Assembly: GCF_030144855.1 (NCBI RefSeq)
Contig: NC_082729.1
Span: forward strand, 34,038,001 to 34,102,000
Reading direction: 5' to 3'
From: Hypanus sabinus
Taxonomy: Eukaryota
Length of the DNA: 64,000 nucleotides
The notes under the pieces were generated by a model that was not told the origin of the DNA, made no database searches, and worked only from the letters and a program-made list of their open reading frames with translations. Shown piece after piece: positions 61,030 through 64,000 of the stretch (within the stretch, counting starts at the first letter, position 1; each line of letters starts with the position of its first letter). The position numbers were made by a program, and so were the translations under genes.

Positions 61030-62355
61030 ACATAGGCCAAATTCAGATCAATAGGACTAGCTCAAGGGGAAATTGCTTTGTGTATCCAGAACTGGCTTGC
61101 CCACAGAAGGAAAAGAATAGTTGTAATGGTCATATTCTGCATGGAGGTCGGGACCAGTGGAGTGTCTCAGGGATCTGTTCTGGGACCCTTACTCTTCGTG
61201 ATCTTTATAAATGACCTGCATGAGGAAGTTGAGGGATGGGTCAGTAAATTTGCTGATGACAGAAAGGTTGGAGGTGTTGTGGATAATGTGGAGGGCTGTC
61301 AGAGGTTACAGCGGGACTTTGATAGGATGCAAAACTGGGCTGAGAAGTGGCAGATGCAGTTCAAACTAGATACATGTGAGGTGGTTCACTTAGGTAGGTC
61401 AAATACAATGGCAGAATATAGTATTAATGGTAAGACTCTTGGCAGTGTGGAGGATCAGCAGGATCTTGGGGTCTGATGCACCATCAATAACTCACACTGA
61501 GACGTAAGGCGAGATATCGGCTTTTACTGACTGGAGGAAGGAACCAGGAGTGAGTGTCTATCATACAATGTCCTGGAGACTGAGGCCGAGCGTCAGGCCT
61601 CAGATCTCCTTTATACAGGGGCCTGTGGGAGGAGCCACAGGAGCAGTCAGCAGGGGGCGTGTCCAGACAGGCACATAGTTCACCACAGGGTCCGAGTCCA
61701 TAGGACGCTCAAAGCAGCTGTGCAGGCATATGGTGTATTGGCCTTCATTAATCGTGGAATTGAATTTAGGAGCCGAGAGGTAATGTTGCAGCTATATAGG
61801 ACCCTGGTCAGACCCCACTTGGAGTACTGTGCTCAGTTCTGGTCACCTCACTAATTGAACGATGTGGAAGCCATAGAAAGGGTGCAGGGGAGATTTACAA
61901 GGATGTTGCCTGGACTGGGGAGCATCCCTTATGAAAACAGGTTGAATGAACTCGGCCTTTTCTCCTTGGAGTGACGGAGGATGAGGGGGTGACCTGATGG
62001 AGATGTTGAAGATGATGTGAGGCATTGAACGTGTGAATAGTCAGAGGCTTTTTCCCAGGGTTGAAATGGTCGCCACAAGAGGACACAAGTTTAAGGTGCT
62101 GGGGAGTAGATACAGAGGAGATGTCAGGGTTAAGTTTTTTACACAGAGAGTGGTGAGTGCATGGAATGGGATGCTGGCAACGATGGTGGAGGCAGAGACA
62201 ATAGGGTCTTCTAAGAGAATTTTGGATAGGTACATGGAGCTTAGTAAAATAGAGGGCTATGGGTAAGCCTAATAATTTCTGAGGTAGGGACATGTTTGGC
62301 ACAACTTTGTGGGCCGAAGGGCCTGTATTGTGCTGTAGCTTTTCTATGTTTCTAT
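61030..62355 (+). mobile_element. CR1 LINE RT to 3' end, interrupted by a solo LTR
   Basis: SGVSQGSVLGPLLFVIFIND, SKFADD; same subfamily as 28900-30340. Confidence 0.9.
61474..61687 (-). mobile_element. Solo LTR (214 bp)
   Basis: TG...CA ends, 5-bp TSD gggtc (61469-61473 and 61688-61692); empty site cttggggtccgag visible at ~29661; TATAAA and AGTAAA on the minus strand. Confidence 0.8.
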
Positions 62356-62619
62356 GAATCACCTTGGTTAGCATGGATGAGTTGGGCTAAAGGACCTTTT
62401 CCTCTATATGAATCTTGAAACCAAAGCTTCTTAAGCCGAATGTGGAGGCGATATGATGGTCCCTCAAAAAATTGTCCTCCATAACTAAGCACCTGGGTCA
62501 TGCTCTCTTCTCATTGTTGCCACCAGTGGGAGGTACAGGAGCCTGGAGACTCAGACGTGGTGATTTAGGAACAACTTCTCCTCAGCCAAACAATTTCTGA
62601 ATGGCCAATAGCTAAGTGC

Positions 62620-63490
62620 AGCTTCAATGCAGTACTTAACTTTCCCAATGATACCACTGTCATAGGCCAAATCAATGTATAGAAGAAGGATTGAAAATCT
62701 GGTTGAGTGGTGCCACACAACTATCTCTTACTCAATATAAGCAAGACTAAGGAACAGATTATTGACTTCAGGAGATGGAGCCAGTCCTCATCATATAATC
62801 AGAGGTGGAGAGGGTCAGCAACTGTGAATTCCTTGCTGTTATCATTTCTGAAGACCTGTCCTGGGCCCAGCACATAAATGCAACTACGAAAAGAAAGTAT
62901 GGGATCCTTAGGAGTTTGCTGAGATTCAGCATGGCATCTAAGACTTAGACAAACTTCAATAGATATGTGGTGGAGAGTATATTGACCGGCTGCATCACAG
63001 TCGGATATGGAGACACCAGTGCCCTTGAACGGGAAACCCTACAAAAAAGTAGTGAATACAGCCTAGTCCATCACAGGTAAAGCCCTCCTCATCACTGAGC
63101 ACATTTATGTGGAGTATCAGGGATGCCCACCACCCAGGTCATGCTCCCTTCTCACTGCTGCAATCAGGAAGAAGGTAAAGGAGACTTGAGACTCACACCT
63201 CCAGGTTTCGGAATGGTTATATACCTCTCAGCCGTTTGGCTCTTGAACCAAAGGGGATAACCACATCACTGAAATACTCCCATAAACTACGGACTCATTT
63301 TCAAGACTATTCATCTCATGTTCTTATATTTGTTACATTATTATTATTATTATTATATTTACACAGTTTGTTGTCTTTATTACACCAGCTGAACATTAAA
63401 GTTGGTGTGGTCTTTGTTATGGCTATTATTCTATGGATTTATAAAGTATGCCTGCAAGAAATGTTATCTCAAGGTTGTAAATGGTGACAT
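62620..63490 (+). mobile_element. Degraded Rex1/Babar-type LINE
   Basis: aagactaagga...ttgacttcagga, gacctgtcctgg, tcaggaagaaggt...ccaggtttcgga motifs shared with the copies at ~5750 and ~11640. Confidence 0.65.
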
Positions 63491-64000
63491 AAGGGGATAA
63501 CTTCATTCAGCTTCACTTGCCACATCACTGAACTGTCCCCACAACCTATGGACTCACTTTCAAGGATTCTTATCTCATGTGCTCGATATTTATTGTGAGC
63601 TGAATATGCGATGAACTCGAGGTCATAGGTTTGGGGTGAAAGTTTAAAGGTGGGGCAGTATGTTAGTATATGGATAATGTAACACTATTACTGCACCAAT
63701 GATCACCGGGTGGGTTTTCCCACTTATTCCATTTGAGGTACAGAATGGGTAATGGGCTTTTCAGGCCCATTGAGACCGTGCCACCCAAGTACACCCATGT
63801 GACCAAATCTCCAAATAACCGGTATGCCTTTGGACTGCGGGAGGAAACTGGAGCACTCAGCAGTCATGGGGAGAATTTACAAACTCCTTACAGGCAGCAG
63901 CCAGAATTGAACTCGGATGGCACGGTAGCACAGCGGTTAGCCTAATGCTGTTACAGAGCCAGCGACCAGGGGTCAATTCCCATCACTGCCTGTTTCCTCT

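Overview
Eukaryotic, intron-containing, repeat-rich DNA with assembly gaps. The repeat content (CR1, Rex1/Babar, Penelope-derived hairpins, a ~49-bp satellite) suggests a cartilaginous fish, probably a ray; this is inference. Bases 1-16.5 kb hold the 5' half of ALAS2 (erythroid 5-aminolevulinate synthase) on the minus strand: non-coding exon 1 with a canonical iron-responsive element, coding exons 2-5 with three CP heme-regulatory motifs, and an erythroid-type promoter. Bases 18.8-59.9 kb hold a five-exon alpha-tubulin array ordered A(-) B(+) C(-) D(+), which reads as one large inverted duplication of a head-to-head pair. B, C and D are intact 450-aa genes; A is a pseudogene; two further tubulin relics are present. 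Gene bodies within each pair are nearly identical while promoters, intron 1 and flanks are clearly diverged, and gene C is a mosaic, pointing to gene conversion (or partly to assembly artefact). All copies encode an unusual isotype with a remodelled helix H11/H12 surface, and the three intact copies lack a C-terminal tyrosine. The rest is degraded retroelements, a solo LTR and minisatellites.
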